Of a stretch of DNA of 64,000 bases, positions 26,533-38,333 are shown in pieces (position 1 is the stretch's first letter; the number at the start of each line of letters is the position of its first letter). Under the pieces are notes generated by a model that was given only the letters and a program-made list of their open reading frames with translations, was not told where the DNA came from and did no database searches. A program made the translations under genes and the position numbers. The stretch is from an uncultured delta proteobacterium (GTDB taxonomy: Bacteria; Myxococcota_A; Polyangia; Polyangiales; Houyiibacteriaceae). The stretch is taken from positions 128,001 to 192,000 of the forward strand of contig CAVOVB010000008.1 of assembly GCA_963699755.1 (NCBI GenBank), in the 5' to 3' direction.

Positions 26533-28577
26533 GTGTCTCACTCTGACGAGCGAATGAACGCGTTTCCACCGGTGACCAAGTCCGACTGGGTTGCGAAGGT
26601 GGAGGCAGACCTCAAAGGCGCGTCTCTCGCAGGACTCCGCTCCGCCGCACCCGGTGACCCGTTCCTCGAGCCCCTCTACACGGCAGAAGATGTCGAGGGC
26701 CTGAAGGGTCCCGGCCTGCCCGGCGTTTTTCCCTATGTCCGCGGTGCATCAGCTCTAGGCGGCTGGGCAATTCGACAAGAATACGACGACGCGCGTCCGA
26801 GTGTTTGCAGGGAGATGATTCGGCAGGACCTAGACCGTGGCGTCGAGGCGCTGTGGTTGCGACTAGGGCCGCGCCGTGGATGCCGCGTGCTGACGATCGA
26901 CGAGCTCGATGACCTGCTCGGTGCCGTCGATCTTGGAACGACATCGGTCTGCGTCGACGGCGGCTCGGATGCGTTGGCCGTTGCGACCGGGCTACTGGCG
27001 GTCGCCAAGCGCCGTGGGGTGGCCTACGGTGAGCTCGAAGGCGGTCTCGGCTTCGACCCCTTGGGCTTGCTCGCTGCCGAAGGGTGTATTCAGGGCGGGC
27101 TTCAAGCGCGATTCGCCGAGCTGCGGGACCTGTCTGCCTGGTGTTCGAAAAACGCATCTGGTCTCCGCGCCGCAAACGTCTCGAGCGACCCGTATGACGG
27201 CGGAGGCGCGAGTGTCGTGCAGGAGCTCGCGTGCACGATCGCGACTGGAATCGAGTACCTTCGTCAACTCACCGACGCGGGAATGAGCGTTGACGCAGCC
27301 GCTCGTCAGATTCGATTCAGCTACGCGGTGTCGAGCGACTTCTTCACACAGATAGCGAAGCTTCGCGCAGCCCGCTGGCTCTGGGGCAAGGTGGTGGTCA
27401 GTTCGGGTGGGGAGCCTGATGCCGCGGCCATGCAGCTTCACTGCAGAACATCGCGCTTCGCCGCCACGAGGCACGACCCCTGGGTGAACATGTTGCGCGT
27501 CACCGCCGAGTGCACCGCCGCCGTGCTGGGTGGCGCGCAAAGCATCGCTACGCTGCCTTTCGACTCCGCAATCGGTCCTCCGGACGAGCTCGCGCGGCGG
27601 GTTGCGCGCAATACACAGGTGGTCCTTCGGGAGGAATCGCACCTCGGCAAGGTCGCCGATCCAGCGGGCGGCAGTTGGTTCGTCGAGCGACTCACCAGCG
27701 ATCTCGCACGCGCTGCATGGAACGAGATGCGCTCGATCGAGGCCGGAGGCGGTATCGTGGCCGCTCTTGGATCGGGCAGGCTGGTCGACGCGATTCGCGA
27801 AGTCGCCGACGAACGGGAGAAGGCTCTGTCCACGCGCAAGACCCCCTTGGTCGGCGTAAGCGAGTTCCCGAACCTACGGGAAGCCCCGGTCGAGCGCGTG
27901 CAAGTCTCGGACAAAGAGATCCACGGCCTGCTCAAGGCTTCCCTCCAATCGCTCGACCTTGGTGCGCATCGAGCTAGCCTTTTGGTTCTTTCGCGCTGCG
28001 TGCGAGACGCAAATCGCGAGCTCGGAGCGCTAACGGCAACCTGTTTGGATGCAACCATTGGCGGAGCCGACATGTACAGTGTCGCGACGGTGCTGCAGCA
28101 CGGCCAACCGGACTTTCATGTGGAGCCGATTCATCAGTGGACGGAATCGGAGACTTGGGAACAGCAGCGAGACCGCAGCGATCGCCAAGAAGTCCGACCA
28201 AAGGGGTTCCTTGCGAACCTCGGCTCGATCCCCTCGCACAAGTCGAGGGCAACGTGGGCGCAGAACCTCCTCGCTGCGGTAGGCGTGGACGCCGTGACCA
28301 ATGATGGCTTCGACGATCGCGACGCTCTGGTCGATGCCTGGAAGAGCGCGGCGACCCCGCTAGCGGTGATTTGCGGCAGCGACAGAGACTACGAAGCGAT
28401 GCTCGAGCCTACCGTGGCCGCCCTGAGGAAGGTCGGTTGCGACCTCATCCTGGTCGCAGGCCGTCCTTCAGAGCGCGCGAGCGCGCTCCGTGAGCTTGGG
28501 GTGAGCGATTTCATCTTCGTTGGTGCAGACGTGCTCAGCGTGATGACCCGGGTCCTCGATTCCATGGGGGTGCAGCC

Positions 28578-28581
<4 letters not shown>
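26533..28581 (+). CDS. mutA: Methylmalonyl-CoA mutase small (beta) subunit
   Basis: [49 protein letters not shown]. Lacks the DxHxxG cobalamin motif, as expected for the small subunit. Confidence 0.9.
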
Positions 28582-30751
<2,170 letters not shown>

Positions 30752-30755
<4 letters not shown>

Positions 30756-31750
30756 GCCGTCTCGACACGCAAGCCTATGTCGACGGAGTGCGCGGCGGTG
30801 ACCGCGCCGTGCTTGCCAGAGCTATCACTTTGATCGAGAGCGAGAGGCTAGCGGACGCCGAGCTCGCTCAACAGGTCCTCGAAGCGCTCTTGCCCGAGAC
30901 GGGCGGGGCGCATCGAGTTGGCATCAGTGGTGTACCCGGGGCCGGCAAGAGCACGTTCATCGACGCCTTGGGGACGAAGCTCACCGGCGAAGGTCATCGC
31001 GTAGCGGTCCTCGCCGTCGATCCGACCAGCACTGTGAGCGGCGGGAGCATTTTGGGGGACAAGACCCGGATGGCGGCCCTCAGCAACGACCCCAAGGCCT
31101 TCATCCGTCCCTCTCCAACGAGTGGAACGCTCGGTGGAGTCGCTCGCAAGACCCGCGAAACGATTCTCCTCTGCGAGGCTGCGGGCTTCGACATGGTTCT
31201 GGTCGAGACGGTAGGGGTAGGTCAGTCCGAGACGATCGTAGCCGGGATGGTCGACTTCTTCCTGGTGCTGATGATCGCAGGCGCGGGCGACGAGCTGCAA
31301 GGGATCAAGCGCGGCATCCTCGAGGTAGCAGACATGCTCGCGATCAACAAAGCCGATGGTGACAATCGGCCCCGGGCGATTCGTGCGCAGGCCTCCTACC
31401 AGAGCGCCTTGCGCCTCATGCGCGGCCGGAGCGTGCCGCCCGTTGTGACCTGCAGCGCGCTCGAGAAGACTGGCCTCGGCGAGCTCTGGTCGCTGGTCGC
31501 CGAGTGCCTTCGAGATCGCGAAGCGTCTGGTGAGCTCCAGCAAACCCGAAGAGCCCAGCAGGTTCAGTGGATGTGGGACATGGTGGAGGACGGGCTTCGT
31601 CGTGCCCTCCGCGGCGACCCGGAGCTGTCTTCGCTCATCGAGCAGCTCGAAGACGCGGTCGGTCGGGGCCAGACGACACCAAGCCTGGCGGCGCTGAAGG
31701 TTCTTCGCCGCTTTGCTGAGCGGGCGGGGGACCTGCTCATGCGCGGCTGA
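30752..31750 (+). CDS. meaB: Methylmalonyl-CoA mutase-associated GTPase MeaB
   Basis: [43 protein letters not shown]. Confidence 0.95.
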
Positions 31751-32798
31751 GCTCGTCGGCGGCGTCTGGAGTTTTCGAATTCGCCTTCCCCCTGGGCCTC
31801 GGTAGCGGGCCGAGCAGCTCCGCAAGCCAACGGAGGTCGTCGCTGTGCGCAAGCGAATGCTTGATGACCATCGTCAGCGGTGCGGAGACGAGAGCACCGA
31901 CCGGCCCGAGCAACCAGCCCCAGACCACCATCGAAACCAGCACCACCAACGCCGACAGCCCTAGCGCGTGGCCCATGACGCGGGGCTCGATTGCGCCGAT
32001 GGCCAGATTGATGCCCCCGAACCCTGCTGCGACCACAAGCGCCTGCCCAGGGCCGAATTGAATCAGCGCCAAGGCAATGGCGGGCACCGCGGCGATGATC
32101 TGGCCGACTGTGGGAATGTAGTTGAGCAGATAGGCGAGCAGACCCCAGAGCACCGGGACGTCCAAGCCTCGCCACCAGCACCAGAGGAACACCAGGACGC
32201 CGGTCAGCAGGCTCATCACCGTCTTGGCGACCAGGTAGGCGTTGACCTCGCGCGCGGCTTCGGACAGCTCATGGATTTGGCCGGGCGTTGCGATCTTAGC
32301 GAGCTTCTCCCGAAGCCCTGTGGATTCGAGGAGCATGAACGCGACGATCAGCAAGACGAGAACCATCTGCGAGACGAAAGAAGCGGCGTACTGGGCCGTC
32401 ATCGTCGCGAGATTGAGCATCCAGGTGGGCTCGGAGAAGTCGTAGACCGATTCCAGGTGAACCCCAAGGTTGGCGAGCCAGAGCTCGAGCTTCGCGACTT
32501 GCCCGGAAAGCATCGAGGCATAGCCCGGCACCCGCTCCGTGAACGTTGCGGCTGCACCAGCGAGCGGAAAGCCGAGGGCGGCACCAGCGGCTACGTCCAG
32601 CAAGAGCCCTGACAAGACAGCGACGAGGCGAGGAAGCCCGCGGTCGCAGAGCCACATGACCAGCGGTGCCGTGACGATGGCGATGAAGGCCGCCACGAGC
32701 ACTGGGACCAGCAGGGGCGCAGCGAGCTTGACGCCGGCTCCGATCACCACGACCGAAGCGACGATCAGGATGATGCGTCCGCCTTTGCTCACTGCCAC
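31737..32798 (-). CDS. AI-2E family transporter
   Basis: LNYIPTVG, IEPRVMG, WGWLLGPVGALVSAPLT with multiple TM helices. Start GTG 32798 estimated. Confidence 0.9.
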   Translation of the reverse strand: MAVSKGGRIILIVASVVVIGAGVKLAAPLLVPVLVAAFIAIVTAPLVMWLCDRGLPRLVAVLSGLLLDVAAGAALGFPLAGAAATFTERVPGYASMLSGQVAKLELWLANLGVHLESVYDFSEPTWMLNLATMTAQYAASFVSQMVLVLLIVAFMLLESTGLREKLAKIATPGQIHELSEAAREVNAYLVAKTVMSLLTGVLVFLWCWWRGLDVPVLWGLLAYLLNYIPTVGQIIAAVPAIALALIQFGPGQALVVAAGFGGINLAIGAIEPRVMGHALGLSALVVLVSMVVWGWLLGPVGALVSAPLTMVIKHSLAHSDDLRWLAELLGPLPRPRGKANSKTPDAADELSRA

Positions 32799-32817
32799 CA
32801 ACACAAGGTAGCGCGGA

Positions 32818-33963
32818 TCAGAGCGGCGTGCGATCCAGCAGCTCGAGCTCGTTTCCATTCGCGCAAAGGGCCGCCCTTCCGTCGATGATCGCGCCGAGCT
32901 CGCGGCCAACGAGACGCTCTCGCCAGCCTTTGGACAGCCGGCTGGGTTGGTGCAGCACGAGGTTGGTCACGTCGTCGCGCGTGCCAAGCACGGTCATGTC
33001 CAGGCCTTCTCGGTTGGCACGCTGCGCGAGCCAGGCGAGGCAGAGTGCGATTACGCCCTCTACGCTGGGAAGGTTCTCCGGCTTCTTGGGTGGTAGTCTC
33101 AGCTCGGTCTTGGAAAGCCGTCTTCCTCGCTCGATGGCCGCCAGAAGCTCGTCGGCATGCTCGAAGCGCCGAAGGTCGAAGTTTCGGATGCCGCTCAGTT
33201 GCTGGGCGTTGCGTGCGGGCCGTTGAGCCAGAGCCAGAAGGGCCATGTCGGAGAGCACGGTGCGCGATGGACGATTCTTCTCTTTTGCGAGGCTGTCACG
33301 CCAGGCTGCGAGCTCCTGAGCGACACCGCGCGCCTTGCCATGAAGCTTGGTCTTTCCGCGAAGCTTCCACCAGAGGGTCTCTGGCTCCGGGGACGAACGG
33401 TCCTTTCGGCGCAGTCGCTCGATCTCTTCCTCGGCCCATTCGACGCGGCCTTGTTCGTTGAGGTGCTCGAGAAGCGCACCGCGCAGCTCGAGCAGATGGG
33501 CCACGTCGCAGGCGGCGTAGCGCAGGTCGTCCGCGGGCAAGGGACGCCGGGTCCAGTCACTGAGCTGCGAGCTCTTGTCGAGTTGAATCCCGAGGAAGCC
33601 CTCCACCAGCCTCCCGAGAGAGCTCGTTCGATAGCCGCAAAAAAGGGCGGCGATCTGCGTGTCGAACATGCGATTGGGTACCGCGCCGCACTCGAGCTCC
33701 AAGATCTCGAGGTCTTGAGAGCCAGCGTGCATGACGCAGACCGCCTCTGTCTGAAACGCTCGGCTCAGTATTCGCAGGTCGACATCGAGGGCGTCGACCA
33801 ACGCGATGCGATCAGCGGTGGCAAGCTGCACGAGCGCCAGATGCGGCAGATAGGTTCGTTCGCGATGGAACTCGGTATCGAGCGCGTACGCGTCCGTCCG
33901 GCAGAGCTCGTCGACGAGCTCTTCGAATTCTTTCTGGTCGCTGATCCACTCGAAGTCGGTCAC
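32818..33963 (-). CDS. rnd: Ribonuclease D with HRDC domain
   Basis: LDTEFHRERTY, HAGSQDLE, FDTQIAA, SDWTRRPL, YAACDV, LAAWRD. Confidence 0.93.
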   Translation of the reverse strand: MTDFEWISDQKEFEELVDELCRTDAYALDTEFHRERTYLPHLALVQLATADRIALVDALDVDLRILSRAFQTEAVCVMHAGSQDLEILELECGAVPNRMFDTQIAALFCGYRTSSLGRLVEGFLGIQLDKSSQLSDWTRRPLPADDLRYAACDVAHLLELRGALLEHLNEQGRVEWAEEEIERLRRKDRSSPEPETLWWKLRGKTKLHGKARGVAQELAAWRDSLAKEKNRPSRTVLSDMALLALAQRPARNAQQLSGIRNFDLRRFEHADELLAAIERGRRLSKTELRLPPKKPENLPSVEGVIALCLAWLAQRANREGLDMTVLGTRDDVTNLVLHQPSRLSKGWRERLVGRELGAIIDGRAALCANGNELELLDRTPL

Positions 33964-33998
33964 GGCTCTAGCGTAGCGCATCGCAGCGCTGTTGCTGG

Positions 33999-35030
33999 CT
34001 AAGGACAGTAGGGGCGGCCCGGGTGTGGTTGTTCGACCCACTGCTTGCGGCGGTCGAGCCAACGTTCGACTTCGCGGTCCATGGGCCCTGCTGATGCGCG
34101 AGCCTCCTCGTGTGTCACGATCTTAGCGCTTGCCTGCTGGCGCTTTTCGGCCAGCGGGCGCGCTTGCACGCCTGCATCTTCGAGCCTCTCTTGGTGCCAA
34201 GCGTAGAGCGGCGCTGAATCGCGGCAGCCCTGCTCGACGTCTTGAGGGGAACAGAAGAACCGCATATGGAAGTGATCGTCATGGGGATAGCTGGGCTGGC
34301 AGCTCATCGCAGCAAAGCGTTTCACGACCGCCGAGGGCGCCCCGGATGAGCGCGCAAACTCGAGTAGAAGCTTCCGCAGATGCTCGGCAACGAAGACCTG
34401 CTGAAGCAGAGCCTTTTCGTCTTCGATGAGCGCCCGCACGAAGAGCCAAGTCCGGGGGATGTCGAGCCGGAGGGCGACGTCGTCGCTCGGGTCAGCGAGG
34501 TCTCGGAAGTCGACTCCGGCGCCATGCGGGTCGAAGAATGCACCGACGCTTTCGATGGGCTCCCCGTCGGGGCCGAGCTGGTAAAACAGCACGTCGACGT
34601 CCCGGCCGCTCTGGTGTGAGCGGTGATGGGAGATCGGCCCACCGCGTTCATAGCTGAGGTCGTTGACTGTCACGGGCAGCCCGCCCAGCTCGCGGTCGAC
34701 TCTGGCAGCCGCGTCGACCAATCCGCGAACGACTTCGACGGTGCCATAGCGGGCCTTGGGGTCGCGGGCCGGGTTGAAGCGCAGGCCGGGCGCGCTGAGG
34801 GGAAGCGGGACACCCCCTTGCAAGGAACCATCGTTGGGGTTTCTCAGCGAGGTGGAGTCGAAAGAGCTCCAGTCGATCGCTGTGTTGTGCGCCGGAAGCT
34901 GGGCCTCCGGGGGAACGGGCGCGGTAAGCTCCGGTTTTTTGGCTGGCGTCGCGACCGGCTTCTGAGCCGGGCTGCAAGCGGTTAGCGCCGTCGAGACCAG
35001 CGCCGCAGCAAAGCGGTCACGGGTCCACAT
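33999..35030 (-). CDS. Second MepA/M74-like murein endopeptidase, lipoprotein
   Basis: Lipobox LTAC; PNDGSLQGG, NDLSYERGG, HRSHQSGRDVD, HDDHFHMR. Start taken at MWTRDRF. Confidence 0.85.
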   Translation of the reverse strand: MWTRDRFAAALVSTALTACSPAQKPVATPAKKPELTAPVPPEAQLPAHNTAIDWSSFDSTSLRNPNDGSLQGGVPLPLSAPGLRFNPARDPKARYGTVEVVRGLVDAAARVDRELGGLPVTVNDLSYERGGPISHHRSHQSGRDVDVLFYQLGPDGEPIESVGAFFDPHGAGVDFRDLADPSDDVALRLDIPRTWLFVRALIEDEKALLQQVFVAEHLRKLLLEFARSSGAPSAVVKRFAAMSCQPSYPHDDHFHMRFFCSPQDVEQGCRDSAPLYAWHQERLEDAGVQARPLAEKRQQASAKIVTHEEARASAGPMDREVERWLDRRKQWVEQPHPGRPYCP

Positions 35031-35647
35031 CACTGCTCGGCGGGATTGAGAACGACAGCAAACACGACCCCTGCCATCTGGACGAGCAGCTCCAGAAACG
35101 ATTCCGCATCGAGCTCTTGGTTTTCGGCCCAGTCGAGGCTCGTGGCTTCGAGAAAGCCCAGCCATCCGCGCAGGCGCATCCGCGTTGCAGGGTCGTCGGC
35201 ACGTGCTCCAAATCGCTCCACGCGCGACAGCATTCGATCCACGACAGTCTGTCTGGTAGCTTCGATGATGTCCGCCACCTCGCTGTCGGTTCCGATTCCA
35301 CTCCGAAGGAGAAAGGAAAAGACCCGCCGGCGGCGTGCGACGTAGTCGAGAAAAGGGCGAAGCCCAGCACGCAGGTCCTCTGGACCGGGCGCCGGCCCCT
35401 TGGGCTCTTGGTCGATGTAGGTGTCCTCGAGGAGCTGCCGCGCCGCCTCCCGCACCGAAGCGACGTAGAACGCCCGTTTGCCGGGGAAATAGTGATAGAG
35501 CAGCCCCTTGGAAACCCCCGCCTGTCTTGCGATCTCGTCGATCGAGAGCTCGTCGTAGGTCTGATTCCCGAACAGCTCGAGTCCGAGCTCCAGCAATTGT
35601 TGTCGACGAACGTCTACTTGTAAGCGATTGCGTGCGACTTGGCTCAT
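35030..35647 (-). CDS. TetR/AcrR family transcriptional regulator
   Basis: RRQQLLELGLELF...SIDEIARQAGVSKGLLYHYFPGK HTH. Confidence 0.93.
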   Translation of the reverse strand: MSQVARNRLQVDVRRQQLLELGLELFGNQTYDELSIDEIARQAGVSKGLLYHYFPGKRAFYVASVREAARQLLEDTYIDQEPKGPAPGPEDLRAGLRPFLDYVARRRRVFSFLLRSGIGTDSEVADIIEATRQTVVDRMLSRVERFGARADDPATRMRLRGWLGFLEATSLDWAENQELDAESFLELLVQMAGVVFAVVLNPAEQ

Positions 35648-35733
35648 CTGGGCGCGAGTATAGCTCAGCTTTGCTCCAATGCCGGACATCGCGAACGTTT
35701 GCCTTTGGGGAAGCAATTTCGCATGCTTTGCGG

Positions 35734-35985
35734 GTGCAAGAAGCGGTGCAACGAGTCATCGACGACGTTCTCAACCCGCTCCTGCAAAACGACGCGAGCA
35801 GCATCGAGCTCTTGGAGGTCAGCAAAGACCAAGTCGTGGTTCGCGTCACCGGGCGGGCGGCTTTCGGCGTCGGCGCCGAGTACGTGTGCACCGGGGTAAT
35901 TGAACCTGCTCTCCGAAAGGTCATCGGAAACGACTGCGCTATCCAGATCAAGAAGGCGATTCCAAATGCCAAGAGGCGCGGCTGA
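35734..35985 (+). CDS. NifU C-terminal/Nfu-like small protein lacking CxxC
   Basis: VIDDVLNPLLQNDASSIELLEV...VVVRVTGRAAFG...VIEPALRK matches the Nfu pattern (I.P.L..DGG.iel..v...V.vrl.GaC.gC...Ie..L). Confidence 0.6.
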   Translation: MQEAVQRVIDDVLNPLLQNDASSIELLEVSKDQVVVRVTGRAAFGVGAEYVCTGVIEPALRKVIGNDCAIQIKKAIPNAKRRG

Positions 35986-36005
35986 GAGCTCAGGGGGTAG
36001 GAGTG

Positions 36006-36668
36006 ATGTACGATCTGGACGAGACCATCCGCACGCGCCGCTCGGTGCGAGGGTTCCTCCCAAAGCCCGTGCCTCACGAGGTGCTCGAGGAAGTGCTTGG
36101 CTTGGCGCAACACGCGCCGAGCAATTGCAACGTACAACCCTGGCGCGTCTACATCGCATCGGGGGAGACGTGTCAGAGGCTTCGCGCGGCGCTCCTCGCC
36201 GCCGCGACCAGCGGCCCATCTTCTGCGGGGACGGCGCAGACCGACGATTTTCGAGGGTACTATCGAGACAAGCAAGTCGCGTGCGCGGTCGAGCTCTATG
36301 GCAAGATGGGCATCGAGCGCGGCGACAAGATGGGACGGCTCAAGGCCATGCTTCGCAACTTCGAGTTTTTCGATGCGCCGCACGTTGCATACATCTGCAT
36401 GGAAAAGAGCTTTGGGATTGGGGTGGCGCTCGACGTCGGCATGTACGTCCAGACCTTGATGCTGGCTATGCAGTCTCGTGGGATCGGCTCGTGCGCCCAA
36501 GCGGCCCTGCGCGCGTATCCCGAAGTCGCGGGAGACCATCTCGGGATTCCGGACAACGAACAGATCCTCTGCGGCCTCTCGTTCGGCTATGAGGATCCCG
36601 ATGTTCCCGCAAACGCCACGCGTCAGCCCCGCGATCCAATCTCCAGCAATGTCGTCTTTGTTGGCTAA
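36006..36668 (+). CDS. Nitroreductase family protein
   Basis: RRSVRGF, APSNCNVQPW, FFDAP, DVGMYVQTLML. AGGAG RBS. Confidence 0.92.
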   Translation: MYDLDETIRTRRSVRGFLPKPVPHEVLEEVLGLAQHAPSNCNVQPWRVYIASGETCQRLRAALLAAATSGPSSAGTAQTDDFRGYYRDKQVACAVELYGKMGIERGDKMGRLKAMLRNFEFFDAPHVAYICMEKSFGIGVALDVGMYVQTLMLAMQSRGIGSCAQAALRAYPEVAGDHLGIPDNEQILCGLSFGYEDPDVPANATRQPRDPISSNVVFVG

Positions 36669-36674
36669 CTGGGC

Positions 36675-37463
36675 TTAGCGCCCTTTGAAGTCGCCCTCGC
36701 GCCGCTCGACAAACGATCGGATGCCCTCGGCGGCGTCTTCGCTGTCCATCAGCTCGCGCGCGATGACCAAGAGCTCGGCGACGGCCGCCTCGGTCCCCTT
36801 CAGCTGAGCCGTCCGTGAGGATCGGAGGGTCGCCTGAACGCCCAGGGGCGCCCGCTTGGCCACGGTCTGGGCGATTTCGAGGGCCTTGGGGCGAAGCTCA
36901 TCGGCTGGGACGAGCTCTTGAACCAGGCCGAGCCGTCGGGCCTCCTCCGCATCGAATCGATCGCCGGTGAGCAGCCAGCGCATCGCGTTGCCCCAGCCGG
37001 CGATCTCCGGGAGGCGAATCGTAGCGCCGCCGAAAGGGAAGATGCCTCGGTTGATTTCGATTTGTCCGAAGCGCGTTCCCTCTGCCGCGATGCGGATGTC
37101 GGCGGCGAGCAGCAGCTCGATGCCGATGGTCAGACACCAGCCCTGCACGGCCATCACGAGCGGCTTGGTTCGCTTCTTGGCGTGCAAGTTGAGCGGGTCG
37201 ACCGAACCCTCGGGGAACAGAGTCGCTCCACTTCGGACGGCGGGGCCGACCTCGGCCAGGTCGAGTCCTGCGGTAAAGTGCTCGCCGTTCGCGTAGAGCA
37301 GGGCACACCAGAGCGATTCATCGGATTCGTACTCGGTCACCGACTCGGCCAGCTCTCGGAGCATGCGCAGATCAAAGGCGTTCATCTTTTCGGGGCGATC
37401 GAGGACGATGTGAAAGATGCGTCCATCGCGTTCGGTCAGCACACGGGGTCGTTCCTTGGTCAT
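36675..37463 (-). CDS. Crotonase/enoyl-CoA hydratase family protein
   Basis: RPEKMNAF, FTAGLDL, GIELLLAADI, EINRGIFPFGGAT, EGIRSFVERR. Confidence 0.93.
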   Translation of the reverse strand: MTKERPRVLTERDGRIFHIVLDRPEKMNAFDLRMLRELAESVTEYESDESLWCALLYANGEHFTAGLDLAEVGPAVRSGATLFPEGSVDPLNLHAKKRTKPLVMAVQGWCLTIGIELLLAADIRIAAEGTRFGQIEINRGIFPFGGATIRLPEIAGWGNAMRWLLTGDRFDAEEARRLGLVQELVPADELRPKALEIAQTVAKRAPLGVQATLRSSRTAQLKGTEAAVAELLVIARELMDSEDAAEGIRSFVERREGDFKGR

Positions 37464-37930
37464 GGCGCGCGATGGTAGTGGACCGCGGTTCCGTAGGCCA
37501 GCACTTCGATAGTGCCGATCCCTTCATTTCCCGTGGTGCTCGAGATGGTCGAGGTCTCGAGGCGGGTGTTGAGATAGGCATCTGCATCTGGCTGGGATTC
37601 TTTCATGCGGAGGAGCGCCTCGCGACGAGCGCGGTCGATGAGCGAGGAGTACGAGCGGACCTCTCCACCGAAGAACATTCGGAAGCCGCTCATGAAACGC
37701 TTGAAATGATCGACTGATACCACCACGGAGCCAAGCGCGAGGCTCGCGGATTGAATGGGGCCTGGTGCGTCCCAATCCTTCGTAGAGACCGCGGGTTGAG
37801 CAAGGAATCGGGCTTCGCGCTCGACGATGTCCCGGTAATGATTCCGCTCGATGCTCGAGCCCACGACTCGTCCGACGACGATGAGCAGGACGGGAGTTCC
37901 AAGGACTATCCAGAGCTCGATCGACGGCAT
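37460..37930 (-). CDS. YbjQ (UPF0145) family protein with N-terminal TM
   Basis: FGGEVRSYSSLIDRARREALLRM, EVLAYGTAV. Confidence 0.88.
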   Translation of the reverse strand: MPSIELWIVLGTPVLLIVVGRVVGSSIERNHYRDIVEREARFLAQPAVSTKDWDAPGPIQSASLALGSVVVSVDHFKRFMSGFRMFFGGEVRSYSSLIDRARREALLRMKESQPDADAYLNTRLETSTISSTTGNEGIGTIEVLAYGTAVHYHRAP

Positions 37931-37934
37931 GCCT

Positions 37935-38249
37935 TCACTCGACGATGACGGCCGTGCCGTATGAAAGAATTTCCGAGGCGCCCTGAGCGATCGATGAGGT
38001 CGTGAATCGCACGTTGATCACGGCGTTCGCGCCTAGCTCCCGAGCCTGCGCAACCATGCGGCTGGTGGCCTCGGCGCGGCTCTCTTGCAGTAGCTCCGTG
38101 TAGCCCTTGAGCTCTCCGCCAACGATGTTCTTGAGGCCGGCGGCAAAATCTCGCCCGAAGTGTTTCGCCCGGATGGTGCTCCCCTGCACCAGTCCGAAGT
38201 GCTGAACGATCCGCCGGCCTGGCACGCTGTCGATGTTTGTCAGAATCAA
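37935..38249 (-). CDS. YbjQ (UPF0145) family protein
   Basis: GLVQGSTIRAKHFGRDFAAGLKNIVGGELKGYTELL...GANAVINVRF...YGTAV. TTG start after GAGGAAGGAG. Confidence 0.9.
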   Translation of the reverse strand: MILTNIDSVPGRRIVQHFGLVQGSTIRAKHFGRDFAAGLKNIVGGELKGYTELLQESRAEATSRMVAQARELGANAVINVRFTTSSIAQGASEILSYGTAVIVE

Positions 38250-38333
38250 GGTAGCTCCTTCCTCGCCCGAGAGTACCTTGTTGCCGCGCGGGGCGCATCT
38301 TTCGGGAAGGCAGAAACGTGCTATGGCTGCGCG

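Noticed and set aside
35031..36539. 846-aa ORF 33999..36539 as a giant fusion
   Set aside because: Only the last ~343 aa are MepA-like and begin with their own lipoprotein signal. The rest overlaps TetR off-frame and the Nfu-like and nitroreductase genes antisense.
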